The notes beneath the pieces were generated by a model. That model was not told the DNA's origin. It worked only from the letters and a program-made list of their open reading frames with translations, and did no database searches. From Girardia tigrina (lineage: Eukaryota), in contig MQRK01222169.1 of NCBI GenBank assembly GCA_001938485.1, positions 7,982-71,981 of the forward strand: a stretch of DNA of 64,000 nucleotides, given 5' to 3'. Positions 26,602 to 41,600 of the stretch are shown one piece after another; within the stretch, counting starts at the first letter, position 1; the number at the start of each line of letters is the position of its first letter. The translations under genes were made by a program, and so were the position numbers.

Positions 26602-29600
26602 CAAACATAAGTAAATTAAAATAGAATTTGATTAACGATTCGCAGAATTCATTGTTAAAGAAAAAGAGGTTCGAATTTTTTCTTCTCCATTCTCATTAAA
26701 TATTGATGGTGTTCCAGATGAATTGCATATAGGAGTAATAGAATTAAAATCCAATTCAGAGTGGAAGGATATATTTCAAGAAAAATACCTTGTTTTTTAA
26801 AAAACTTCGTAACAATTGAACAATTTCAGAAGCTTCGCAAATTTGCAGCACGAATAGTATATCTTTTCTCAACCACCTTTATGTGTAAACAATTCTTTTC
26901 ATTATGAAATTATCAAAATCTTCCAAACGGAGCGTGCTAACCTATACGTATTTGAAAAATTGATTACGTTTGACTTCGAGTAATATCCATCAAATATTTT
27001 CGAAATATTATAAAAACATCAATATCAAAAATTGTATTGAATATGTACTAAGTGTAAAAATAAAACTTAAAAAAATATTGATAACTAATTTTTTATGCGG
27101 TTCGTGTGGTCTCAATAAATTTCATGTGGCCCGGATACTGTGAGCACCACTACTCTAAAGTGCAGTATCTCGAGGTTAACTTATTTTTTACAATGACATA
27201 ATGGTTGATGTATTTGAAAGCACTATACCTAAATTGTTGAGTGGTTTTATTATAATTATATTCAATCCAAATGAATAAAAGATTTTTCAAATGTTTTCCT
27301 TGTGGAATTGTTAACCTGATTATGGATTTTCCTTGAAAAGAATTTTATAACAAAAGTTGTTTGTTAAAATGTTTTAAAATACAAAAGATTCCATTCTTGG
27401 AATATAGAACTTCTATTTATGAATTCAATGATTTCAAATATTTTTATGTTGATCAATAAAATTTTTTTTGATAACATTAACTTATTAATTAAGATCTGGA
27501 ATAACTCAAAAATTCTATTAAATCCATATTGTCCGAATTTCGTGATTTCATAGAGTATTATTATGTGGAGACCATACTGAGCTGTTAAACATTTGTTGAT
27601 TAAGACTTGAAACTCCGCAATTCTATATCTTATTATTTTTCAAACAGATAACTAAACTGTATTTTTTTCTCCGGATAGTACAAAAATTTATATACGTAAA
27701 AAAATATAATCTCTAGAAAAAAGTCGCATAGTTGTGCGAAAAAAATGTTTCTGCCAAGAAGAAAATCATTTTAAATGTGTTATGGTTAATTCCATATCTA
27801 CAGTAGCGTTCTAAAGTTAAAAAGAAAGTTGTAAAGAAAATCACATTTTTCCCAATTAAGCTGTAAGATTACAAGGTAATAAGCTTAAATTATAATCAAA
27901 ATTTTTTAACGATGAATTGATTTTCTAATTTAACTCGTACAAAAGCGAGTGGATGATGCATTAAATTCATTGTTTAAATTATATATTAATTTTAATTAAT
28001 AATCAAATAAAATAATATTTAGGGTAATCGCACGACGGTAAATTTTCGAAGATATTAAAAGCAACCAAAACAATAAATCATAGTTATTCCCGCCATCTAC
28101 TGAAGAAAGCTCAAGTTCCATCCAATCAACTACTTAACAAAATCTATCATACCCGATCCCTAAAGCTCATCCTTTTTTCGAAGGTACAGATATAATTTGC
28201 CAACTTCTCTTACCTACATTATTTTAATACTAGAGCATACTCACCTCGAAGACCTGTTGCGGATAAGGGTTCGGCTTGAAACTAAATTTATAAATGCTTC
28301 ATCAGATTTTTAAGGACCACAAGAGGAGCTTTGGACATTTCTTGAAATGCAATGCTTTTAACATTTTACATTACTTTCTCCAAACAATTTGTTTCTAGGG
28401 ACATGGTGATGTATACGAAAAACAGAGAACTCTTCCCAAACACATGGTAACGTTTCTGATATTGTTTATGCTGCTATCATGCATTGTTGAAACAAGTTTT
28501 AGTTTTCAAGTTCATGATTATTATCCTGATTCCCTTTCGCTTCAGGAGGCTATCAAAAAATAGATAAATTGTGAATTACCTGATAACTGAGTGACCAAAT
28601 TGCTCAGGACAAACTAACCCATGTTCAAATACTTTTCACATGAAAATATTCTCCACTTCAGTATTCAATGATCTCATTTGAATAATTGCATCTGAAAGCA
28701 ATCAGATGTACCAATTGTGAGGAATATTTTAAATTGTATGGATGTGTGAATGTATTGATGCTGTATGTTGATTTGAGTATGCTGAACTTAGAATGGTGAT
28801 TCTCCCACCTAGATGACAATTGTTATTTTTTATATTTACAGTGATCGACTATTCGACCATAATTAAAATAATAATTTGGTTAGTTTATATTTTTAAAATC
28901 AACAATTAAAATTAAGTTTAATATTTAAAAAACAAAAGAAAAGCATTTAATTAGATTTAAATTAAATTCCCTTTTACGAATTTTATAACATTTTTATTAT
29001 TTTGAATTTTTATAACGAAGTGGTTTAAATTATTATTTTTAATTGTTCGAATAATCATGATTAAAAATAGAAATTAAAAAACCAATTAGAGCGATGCCAA
29101 TCGGTGAACGATCATCCTAGAGTTGTAATGACTCCAAATGTATAATAATAAAAATTCAAATGAAAACTGTCTCAATGTTCTTAACACCAATGTCTTGTGT
29201 GTAAAGCTGACCATTCAATTTGATATAATTTATACATTTGATTTATCTTGTGGAAATTGTTTTTTTTGTTGAAATTAATTCTGCATCCTTTATGCACAGC
29301 TTATCGTTTATAAAAACACAAAGTGAATAAACACATTATATAAAACAAATATATAATAATTTACAATCTAAATTTTAGATAATTATCTTAAGCAAACACT
29401 TTTGTTACTATAGGGAAATACATTAACCCAAAAAGGTTGGGAATTACTACGTTAGATAATTAATATAATCAATAAAAAGAAACTGAATTATAAAATTTAG
29501 ATATTTACTAAGAGATGAATCTTGTGGTATTGTGAAAAATCGTGGTTTAGTCCATCGACCATAAATTGGAATAGAAACTGGTTGAATTATAAATTCATAA

Positions 29601-32600
29601 TCACTGGGCCTTAAATTTCTGAGAATAAAACTTCCGAATTGTCGTTGATTCGATAAATGTTTATTAATAGAAGACAGGTTTGAATATACTGAATCCGTAC
29701 CATTAAACACATTTTTATCATTCAACCATTCCAATCTTGTAATGCATTCAGTTTCATATGGATTCTACGCAAAGTTAATTTTAATATCATATTAATTTTA
29801 AACTAACGTCAGATTTATTATTTGTCAAATCTTTATACTTCAACAAATATTTCAGAATTAATCCATTTGGTGCACTCGGTTCACTCCAATATATTATAAC
29901 AGAAGTTCCGTTGACAAACGTACTGATAGAATCTTCATCGATATCGTCCATACTATCTGATATAAAAACGGATACATAAATAAAACTTAAAATAAATCTT
30001 ATTTTTGAACCAGAAATATTAATCTAATGGTTTTCGAAGTATTTTTTAATGTACTTTGTCGATTTATTTGTTGGCAAAATTCTCTATTTTTCTTTATTTT
30101 AAAACAAATTAATTTCAGGAATAAATAAAATAATTCATTAAAATGTAGTTAAAAAAATAGAAATAAGATAAATTTTTTAATACTTCACATTTTTATAAAT
30201 AAAATCACTACGTTAGATAATTAATATAATCAATAAAAAGATTATATTTGTTCTTGATCATTGGTTATGTTGTAAGGATAGACCTCATCCATTTCAAAAG
30301 ATGAGTTTTCTGTTCTACAAAAGGGTTTTGATTCACATTACGAACGACAGTTTTGTGAATCTCTACTANNNNNNNNNNNNNNNNNNNNNNNNNNNNNNNN
30401 NNNNNNNNNNNNNNNNNNNNNNNNNNNNNNNNNNNNNNNNNNNNNNNNNNNNNNNNNNNNNNNNNNNNNNNNNNNNNNNNNNNNNNNNNNNNNNNNNNNN
30501 NNNNNNNNNNNNNNNNNNNNNNNNNNNNNNNNNNNNNNNNNNNNNNNNNNNNNNNNNNNNNNNNNNNNNNNNNNNNNNNNNNNNNNNNNNNNNNNNNNNN
30601 NNNNNNNNNNNNNNNNNNNNNNNNNNNNNNNNNNNNNNNNNNNNNNNNNNNNNNNNNNNNNNNNNNNNNNNNNNNNNNNNNNNNNNNNNNNNNNNNNNNN
30701 NNNNNNNNNNNNNNNNNNNNNNNNNNNNNNNNNNNNNNNNNNNNNNNNNNNNNNNNNNNNNNNNNNNNNNNNNNNNNNNNNNNNNNNNNNNNNNNNNNNN
30801 NNNNNNNNNNNNNNNNNNNNNNNNNNNNNNNNNNNNNNNNNNNNNNNNNNNNNNNNNNNNTATATATATATATATAATATTTTTATATAATATTTGTATA
30901 TATATATATATATATATAATATTTTTATTGATCTTATTTATTGATTACAATTACAAATTCAATAAGAACATTTAAATGGCAATGTTCGGGATTCAAATTT
31001 TTGTTACTATTATCATTATTTATAATAATCGGAATTCTCTATCTTCTTTTTCTCTCATATCTTGCAAACATTTTTGGTTCAAATAAAAAATTGAATTAAA
31101 AATCCTGATGGTGATTTTTATAAATGAATGTTTACGACTTCGAATTTTATTTTGATTGCAATCTTTATTAAACGGACGATTTGTGATTAAATTTATCGAT
31201 TTTCAAATATTTTTTTCTTTCTTTTCTCGAGCAATTTTATCAATGACATTTTTTTGAAAAATCTTTCGATTATTAGAAAATGATTTATAACCCAAATTTT
31301 GATGAATTTTCACTGCTTTATGATTGATGTATTTTGACACGAAATAAATTCTATAATTTAAATTGCGATTCATTGTCGAGTTATTTTCTCATGACAATTT
31401 TTTTTGATTTGATAATTTTGATGAATATGAAATGTAAAATAAGATGATTTTTTGTTATTCAAACTATGTTATTCAAACAAATTAGAATTAATCCAATTAA
31501 TTACACTCCCCATGATCTCGAGATAAAATCACACAATCGTCCAGATACTGAGGGGGCTTCCATACCCGCACCGGTCGTTCAGCGGAATCTGTAGCTACCT
31601 CTTGCGCTGTCGATCCACTCATTTCGTCTTCACTGTCTAAAATGCATTCATCGGAATGCACTAACATCAGTTGTCGATTGTCCACTTCTCTCCTGATGTG
31701 GGATATATGTCTCGTGATTCCATCGTCGTCCAGCTCCACTCCAACTGCAGACTTCAATTATATAAGTACATGCGGCCTCGTCCATGGTTCATCGCATTTC
31801 CCACCGACTCTCAAATAAACATTCTCACCAATGCTGAACGGGTTTTTCTCCGTATCGTCATACTCATCATTCGAGATACACTCCGAGATGAATTTGCATT
31901 CAACCTGACGCTCATCTCGAATCATTGGCAGACGAGACTTGGCATGGAACATCAATTCATAGGGCCCCGCATCCCGGTGACCCGTCGTACTGTTGTACCA
32001 AAACACACATTCGCTGATCGACTTTGCAGATCTCGCCGCAATTTTTTTAACGGTGTGGGGATTTCTCTCGTACATCCCATTCCCTTGATGCCGATAGGTT
32101 GCGGTGAACCCTTGCTCGATTTTCTAATTATCTAGCAACCGTCTCACAGGGGCACTTCGGTAGACAGCCGCATTGTCGGAAAAGAAACGTTCAAGCGGTT
32201 CAAATTCAGAGCATACGCTATCTATATGCTAACCTATTTCCTCGGCGGATTCACTACGTAAATTACTCCAAATACAAAATCTTGTTGCTGAATCCTCTAT
32301 GGTCAGATACGCGACACCGTTGAAATAAGTCACATCGCTATAAAGTTGGTACCATACCTTGTCAGTTGATAATTGCCCATGTCGATACTTAATTTGTGGG
32401 GCTGAACAGATCTTTAAACCCTCAATACACTGCTTGATAACTTCCTTAACTTGATACGACTTTATTGCATTAGTCCCATATTTTTCCCTCAACAGTTCAC
32501 TCGTCCTGTCGACTCCAAAGTGACAGATATCATGAATTTTCTTGATCTCATCAACACTTGCATACTGATTTGCTTAAATGACGTTTACTTCCACTTTCCT

Positions 32601-35600
32601 GTTTAGCCATTGTTTTGGAACCCTGGTCAAACAATCTGCCATATTCAATTGAGATTTCACCAATTCCAGTTCCACTTCCAGTTTTTTTTGATCTTTCTAC
32701 TCTCTCATGATATCGAGTCTTCGACATACCAAATGTTCAGATAATGTGCGGGTTCTTGGGTCGTGTGTATCCTTAAATACTTCCAAGAGCCATCCATACA
32801 CTGTTGCTGAGTCCGTCATCAGCTTGAACTTATGAAAGCCCCAGGTTATTTCCAAGTTTATTCCCATTATGGCCGCATCCAGTTCACTGATATTAATATG
32901 GCTTGTATTGTCTTCTTTCCTTAACCAAACAGTGTCCATTACTACCTAATTTTATACAAACATGATCACCGTCTACCCGTTTTGTCAGTTCACGTTTGAG
33001 AATAACATCGTTTACCACTAATATGCCGACACCTGCAGGCAGCCTTTCAACCGGCGCAGCTCACTTTTGATTTTCTTGGCATTTCTCAGTTGACCGGAAT
33101 CGACGACAAAACTGAATGATGGACGTTGTTCAATCCGCCAAGTTTTATCTATTTAAGCACTTTATGGTAACAAAAGAGGAAGTGTAAAGATGGGGTCAGA
33201 GCTGTGTGACGTCATATTCCAGCGGGGTCAGGCCTTTTGTGACAAACTGTGACAAGGGAGAGGGGGGTTGGAAAGTTGCTAAAATCGCGTGACGTCATTT
33301 ATGGACAGCCCCTCATACATCAATCTTCATAAATGATTTATGAATTAAGACTGAACAATGGAATGGAATAGACCTTTTTTTATCCTTATTACTAAACAGG
33401 GTATGCATTTTCCTGGTTCTTGGAGTTCCATAGCCAATTATCGTAGAATGGTAAACACATAAAAATGTTCGATTGTCGGTTTATTCTACCAATTTCAACT
33501 TTTAAAAAATATCACACAAAATTTTATTAGCACAAACGAATTAAAAAGTTTTATGAATTCAGACACCTTTTCACCAAATCAAACTCACGAATAATTAATC
33601 TTAATTTTCTCCGATTATACTTGAAGGCATTGCCAAATTATTTTTATTGATGGATTAGACTTCAAAATTTCTATCTTCGAGCCAAAATGATTTACATTTG
33701 GCTGGAAAAATTAAAACATTTAAAACGTTTGTATTACGCATTAAAATTATTGGATCTTTTAAAATTACAACTTATAAAATGTCTTTCTCAAAACATTTGA
33801 TTTTTTCTTGGAAAACTTCATTTAAAATGACAAATATATTATTATTTTAATTTATAATTTTATATTTTTTTTTATTTTAAGAATTGTCGTACAAAAATCA
33901 ATAAGAAATTTAACACAAAAAAACGAAAATCTATAACAATAATTATAAATAAAAATCATACCGTTATAAAATGTGTAAGCCCCAACAGATGAGATTGTAC
34001 TACACAAGGTCCTCATAAAGTATGTAGAATTTTCATTACTATAATTGCTTTCGTATGTTTGTACAATTTCATCAAACGGATCCTATATGAATTTAAAAGA
34101 TAATAATATATTTAGTTTGGTACTTACTTGACATGCTTGAATTTCAAAAAGGTATTCTGTGTAATGATGTAAATTTGTGAATGTGAAAAAATTCACATCA
34201 GCAGGAAGTTGAACCATTTGCCATGACTGATTCAGGAGGCTACTAAGAATATATCTTTCTGAATATAGGAAAATATAATTAATTTGAGTACAACTATGTA
34301 TAATATTAGCAAATAAAATAGAATTTCATTAATAAAAACAAAAATACGCCATTTGTTAAATATACATTTATTTTTCATGACAATTAATTTCGACGGTATA
34401 ACCGTCATCGTCAGGTCTCAAGAAAAAAATGAATTTTAAATCTGCTTATATAGNNNNNNNGTGATTATGTCATCAATGGATTATTATGTCATCTAAACAC
34501 GCTCAATAGGGTTTTCGAGAGACCCGTTTGCACATTAATCTTAGGATCTAAAGATCTGATATAAAGTGCTTCACAGGTCATCCTCTCCCAATAGTTTAAT
34601 GATGACGGTTATACCATCGGAATTAATTGTCATGAAAAATAAATGTATATTTAACAAATGGCGTATTTTTGTTTTTAAAAATAAGTTGCCATCATTTTTT
34701 AATGTTTCATTAATAAAATTTTATTTTCTGTTCAAAACAAATTCCAATTCGCTATTTGCAGGTAAAGTTAAACCCCGATATAACGAACTTCAATGGACTT
34801 AATAAAATGTTCTTTATATAGTTTGTTATATCAGCGTTTAACTGTATTACAGTGAATCGCGACTTACGAAATTGTTTGTTATTAAGGAATGTTTGTTATT
34901 GTGAGGGAAAATTCTGAATTTTGTAAGTTTGTTGTTTGTATGCTGCTTAGATTGGTGGCTCTCCTACTTAAACGGCATTGATATGTTATTAATTAAATAT
35001 TTAAATCTAATGAGATTAATGTTTGAATACTAATTAATTAAAAGTTTTGTAAATATAAATTTTAATAATATTTTTAGTAAACGATTTAACTTACTAAATT
35101 TAATATATTTTAAAAACTAATGTTTATTTTAAAATTTACTTATTGCATTTTATCCTATTAAATTTAGACAAATTAAAAGTTAATAATTATAAAATCTTAT
35201 TCTTTAATGAAAGGTTTGAATATAGATACAAAAACATATTAATCAAGAACGATGCTTCCCGCAGAAAGTGCTGCTGAAAATAATTCTGTTTGTTTTGTAA
35301 ATAAATGTATTCTCGTAAATTATGATGTTGCTAATAGTTATAAATGGGTTCGTTCTATCGGGGTTTAACTGTATTTATAAATATAAATAATGAACTTAAT
35401 AGATTTGCAAATATATTTGTTTTAATGTAAAAAAGTTTGGTTGAATTTTTTACTACAAATGGTATTTTACAAAATATTAAAATTTTAAAATAAGAACGTA
35501 ATCAATGTAGATTATAAATTTACCAGCTATATATAGAAAACTGACCACCTTTTGCAAACTTTTTACATGTTTTAAAGAGTTACGTGCAAATTTTATTCAT

Positions 35601-38600
35601 TTTTTATCTACAAAAAATTAAATTTAATTGAAAATAATGTACAAATAACACAATGCTAATAAAAATTTAGAAACAAAAAGAAACACTTGACAATTTCTAG
35701 TCATAAAAAACTCACAAATTTATTAAAATTTTCTAAGGAAATTTAAAAATAAAAATATTCAAAAATATTATTATTAATGAATATTTGTTTGAATATTTGT
35801 TTCATATTAAAATATTTTAATTTACAAATATTTGTTTAATTATTAGTTAATATGGATTTATTATTTTATGTATTTGAATTAAAATTTAATTATCTAATTT
35901 ATTCTGAGATTTTAATTGTCTTAGTTAGAAACTTTAGAGCCTATAAGTGTGCCATTCTCGATATCCCATACAAAAAGAACACACACATAAAAATCGACGA
36001 TGCAGACATACCACATCTTGAAGTTGACGAGGTATACATGTACTTAGGATCATTTATAGATCGCATTGTCACATACACACCTGAGAAACTATTCTCTGAC
36101 ATCCTCGCAGACTTAAACTATATTAACATGTCACTCCTCCTTCCTTGGCAAAAACTGCATGAATACATGTTATTTGAACACTAAATTTATCTTTAACGTT
36201 AGAAGCTCATTCATTCTACTTGGCAAGTTAACAGAGTCTGTTACAGGATGGGATATCAACATTAGGAGATTTTTCAAGGATGTACTAGGAGTACCCGACA
36301 ACACATCAACACCCTACATCTATGTGTCTCGTTCCAATGGAGGAGCTGGAATAACTTCGCCATAGATGAATATATAATCCAATCCATCAGTCACTCCTTT
36401 TACATGTTAAACTCCACTGACCCCAATATTTCAGAAACTGCCAATTTCACACTTAGACGCTCTTTACCAGACAGATCTATTGGTTTTGATGATGCACTAA
36501 GCTGGCTAAACACTTACAATAAAGAACGTAACTCATGGTGAAATAAAATACAACAGGCCATCCATGTATTCAAAGACACTCATGGAGTTTTAATTCGATT
36601 TCTTTATAGTTACCCTAGAGTAGTGATATCAATCTCACAGAATGTTGGTGGCAAAGTGACTCTTGAGATTATTAATTGGAACAATAAAGATAAATTAACT
36701 AAAATCTTAAGGAATTGTGTGTCGAGCACCTATTTGGATCAGTGAAATAAGCAGAATAGTGCTGGTAGATATTCAGTGGCTCTATCACAATCTGCCTATT
36801 CTACCTCACCAATATATAACGGTCGACTCACAATTGCTGAATGTCAATTTATTCATCAAGCACGCTCATAAACTATTCCTGTTAAGTGCAGACCGGGTGT
36901 AATCATTCGCATTCCCTGTCGACGAGGTTGCTCTAAAGATGAGACTCTTACTCATGTGTTGGTAGGCTGTAATTCCTTTAGTAACTTCTGGAATGCACGA
37001 CACAACGCTGTGCTTGATATCTTCGCTACTGAGATTAAAGCACACTCGGGTGGCGTAGTATATGTGAATGAAACCTGTCGGCATGTTCCTTCCACGAAGC
37101 GTGTTGATTTGCAAATCTTCTTTGAATCAATAAATATTTTGTTCCTTCTTGATGTAAAATGTCCCTATGATCCCATGCACAATCTTGAGAAGGTTGACCG
37201 AAAGAATGTGAACAAATATTTCCCCTTAATGTTGCAAATCAAAGAGGTATGTGGTTACAAAGTCGTCCTTGACACAATCATTGTTGGTGCTCTTGGTGCA
37301 TGGTGGACCCACAATGAGGACATCCTGGATGACCTTAATTTATCATTTAGAAAAAAAGCCATAGCCAACGTCTGTGTTGAGTCCAACATTCGTTGGTCCT
37401 GTGGGAAGCCTTTCAAGACCCTCGAGAACAGAACACACACAGACATGAAGATGTGATGAACGATCCAAATGCCGGCTTCGAAGCCCTTCAAGAAGGGCCC
37501 ATTTTTGATGAGTGTGACTCTGACTCTGTGTTTGGAGAGGATCACGGGTTATGGTAGTTGTATGTTTAACATTCTGAGGATTCATATTAGTATTGGGATC
37601 AAGATTTTGAATGTTTGTGTTAGATACAATGACCCAACTTAAGTGTGTTCACTATGGCAGAGGTGAGAGTTTTTTATGTATGTTGGATCCCAAGTTCTAT
37701 AACTCAGTTTGTTTGGCATCCCGATTGCTGTCTTATGTGTTTCTGCTTTGAACATAGAAGAAGATGAACGCTTGCAATTGTGGGCCCACAGGTGCTGGTC
37801 TGCTCTCCTGCTCCGCAAAGTTCCAGTGCTGATAATTAGGAGCCATTCTCTCTTTTTCTTCTTTGCCCCACTTCACCTTCCACTCAGAAAATGTGCCGTA
37901 AAGCACTAAAACTAAATTGTAACAAATCACTGTGTTTACAATAAACATTTTGCAAAAAAAATTGATATTTTACTTCGCATTTATCTAAATTATGAATAAA
38001 AGTAAATCTCATATTAAAAACCAATACTTACTTTCACTTCGATTTTCACTGGCAATATTAAACGCTTTTTGTTCGTCATTTGAATATGACTCATTTGTAA
38101 TACCATGTTTTAGATCGACGTAAGGGGATTTTGGAATCCAATTAGACTCCGGAATTTGCCTTCTGAAGTAATTTTATGAAAATAGTTAATATATAATATT
38201 GTTATGTAGTACGCAAAACTTCTGTAATCAATTTAATTAATGAATGATGTACTTTATTTTGATTTTGGAATATAAATAAACGCTAGATTACATTTGTTTC
38301 TTACGATACAATCAAGTTTTTAGGCAACAATTTTAACTGGTATGAGTTTTTTTTATCAATGAAAATTATATCATATTTCATTATTTATCGAGTTTTTTCA
38401 CGATGACTATTGTGATTGAATGGCCGGTTTGAATAAACCAAATCACATCTCTATGGACATTTAGCAAAGACACAGACATATACAGAATTATTATATGCTT
38501 TACACACAGACCACAACGGACTGTTATATAATAGATGAACGACTAAACCATGCATTATTGGAATTTTGACACCTAAAAATCTTTTAGTCATGGTGATTTT

Positions 38601-41600
38601 ACAGATTCTTTCATGTCTCTGAAAGCCTTGTGAAAGCCTTTATAAATAAGTTTTTATTGTGTATTTATGAAGCAGTCTAAAAAGCAGTCTTAAAAGCGAC
38701 TGACATAATTAATTAAGGACCTAAATGAGTAAATTAAATACAGAAAATCATCTAAATCACAGATTTCCTACAGTAATTAAATTAAAAAAAGTATAGTCAT
38801 CTTTAGTTTGAATTAAATTCATAAATCAGCTTCCCACAACCGCACGAATAAAAGTACATACTGCATTGGAACATATTGTATTGAATGGGGTAGAAACCAA
38901 ACATGTACAAGAGAATTCCGATCCTCTTCCATGGGCTTACAAGCTTTCACTACATGGGCACACTTTGGCTTACCTCTTGAAAATGATCAATCACAATCCA
39001 TATTTCCGTGATTTTGTAAAGTCTTAGCTGTTGAATCAACAGTGTTGAAGTTCCATTGATGTTAAAGATTGTCAATAGCACATCATATACGAGTGAATTC
39101 AAAACATCTGTGACTTTTTTTCAAGTTCTTATGTTTAATGTTCCTATTCGATAATCAACCAGTATCTGCAGCTGTAACCGGGTACAGGACATCTCGATCC
39201 TAAATATGTAGACGATGAAACATTTCAACGCCAGTATTTTTAATATATACATATGACGAACTTGTCAAAACATTTTTAAAATTCTCAATTTATTATTTAA
39301 AAGTTTCAATTTATGTTTATGCCTTACCTATTTTATACACTCTTCTACTGAATAAACAGGGTCAAATGTTAATAATGATTCGAATGATTCAAATGCTAAT
39401 CGATTTTTGGCCTAAATTTGATTCTAAAGAGATATCATTAGACTTTAAAGTAGTATTGATAAATGCTTTCTCTTGTGTTTTTCTGAATACAAGCATACAA
39501 GGATATTTATTCCATTTAGTTCAGTAACATCAGAAGAAATAATCATCAAAAAATATATTTAAAAATACCACAATAACTAATGATTATTTAAACAACCATT
39601 CATTTTCTAACTAGTTCAAAACCAGTTACGACGTATAAAAAACTTAATATTACTAAGTTAACATCTTAAGTATCAGATAAAACTTTGGTAGTTTAAACTT
39701 TTAAATGAAATACTGTCAGAAAATCTAATGAATCTCTCCGACAACATTCATTTAATTTGTTATTATATCTTTGAGTTCCATCTTTATAGTTTCATGGATA
39801 TTAGTTTTTAGTGGGAATCCTATAATATATTATTAATTTTAAATTAATTTAAGCTATCACTTTCTTCTCCAAAGCATCAATAAACCTCCGTAATATTATA
39901 TGGTATGCACTTATTAAAGATGAGAATGATTAGTACCTATTTTACAACATTATTTGAACAAAATAAAAAAAAGGCACCGATCCCTTTCTTCCCTGTAATT
40001 TGGTCATACTATTTAAAAACTATAAATAATAAGTCTATGACTAATTATTTTGTGAAAGCCGTTCATAGAAAATTGAGTAGAGAAATTATAGATTCATTGC
40101 ATATGAGTCAAAAACCAACTGATTAATTATATGATAAGCTTATACAGGGAGATAAGAATACTAAAAAACGGAAGATGAATCGTTTAGCTGACGAAAGAAT
40201 TTCAGAAGTCGTTAATCGTTAAAAATAGAGAAATATTAGAATATTTACAATGATTTGCTTAAAACTATCGTATGGATTAAATAAAAATAAAACATTTTTA
40301 TGAATATAAATGAATTGTTTGGAATTTATTTTTTGCAATTAATATTGTACTACATAAGTAATAATATATGCAAATACTAGACTTTTTGAATTTCCCGCTT
40401 TGTAAATAGAACGGTAAAATGTTATTTATTTTTGATTATATTTATTAATTTTAAATTTTGTTTAATAGTTTAGTAGAAGTTAAATTTTGGTATTAAAAAC
40501 ATTTTAATAAAAAATAATTGTTAAAGACTAAATTTATGTTGTGAGGAATATTTTAAATTGTTTGAATGTGTAAATGTATGGATGCTGTATGTTGATTTAA
40601 GTATGTTGAATATAGAATGGTGATTCTCCCACCCAGATGGAAATTGGCATTTTTTTATTAAATTTAAAGTGATTGACTTTTCGAACATAATTAAAATAAT
40701 CATTTTATAAGTTTTCTCATATCTTTAATTTCAGAATTAAAATTAAGTTTAGTAATTTTTAGTAAAATTTAAATTAAATGTATTTTTAATCATTTGATGT
40801 CATTTTTATTATTTTGGGATTTATTGAAAAATGGTAAAAATTAATATTTTTAATTAATATTTTTTAGAGGTTAAATATTTTAAAAAAATAACTTAGAAAA
40901 ATTGTTCGAATAATCATGATTAAAAACAGAAATAAGAAAACCAATTAGAACGATGGCAAACGATGAAAGACCTCTGAGAGTTGTAATGATTCTTAATGTA
41001 ATTGCAATAAAGATTCAAACGAGACTTGTTTAAATGTTCTTAATATATGTTATTAAAATATTAAAAGTTTTTCTTAATATTTAAATATAATTACAAAAAA
41101 TAAATTAAAATATTAGTATTTTATAAACAAATCTTTGTAGTTTTTTAAGTTATGTATATCCTATTGGAATTCTAACATATTTTGTGTGTTTGATACAAAT
41201 TTTTTTGGTTTTGTTTTTCAATTTTTAAAAATAAATCAGATGATGTTCTGAATTGTGGAATAATAAGTGGTTACTCAAAAGAAGTTATATATATATATAT
41301 ATATAAGAAATTTAAAAAATAATGGCAATTTTTTATTAAAATCAAGAACGCCATTAAGATCGAACTTTATTGTCGCAATATATTTTGGTGGATTTTCCAC
41401 CATCTTCAGGCTGAATTGACAACAGTTTCACAAGTAACTCTTTCCCAATAATTTTTAAAATTACTGCACAATATTTTAAAATTAGTTGTTTTCACCTCTG
41501 ATTTACAGAAGGTTACAAAAAATTTAAATTGTCTATTTAAAAATCAATTGATAGTACAAATTTGAATTTAATAATCATTTCTAAATTTTACAAAATTCAA

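Noticed and set aside
31671-32135. 154-aa plus-strand ORF
   Set aside because: Antisense shadow of the Gypsy integrase region
33205-33300. Two TGACGTCA (CRE) sites as an InR enhancer
   Set aside because: Explained as part of a transposon terminus; no evidence of function
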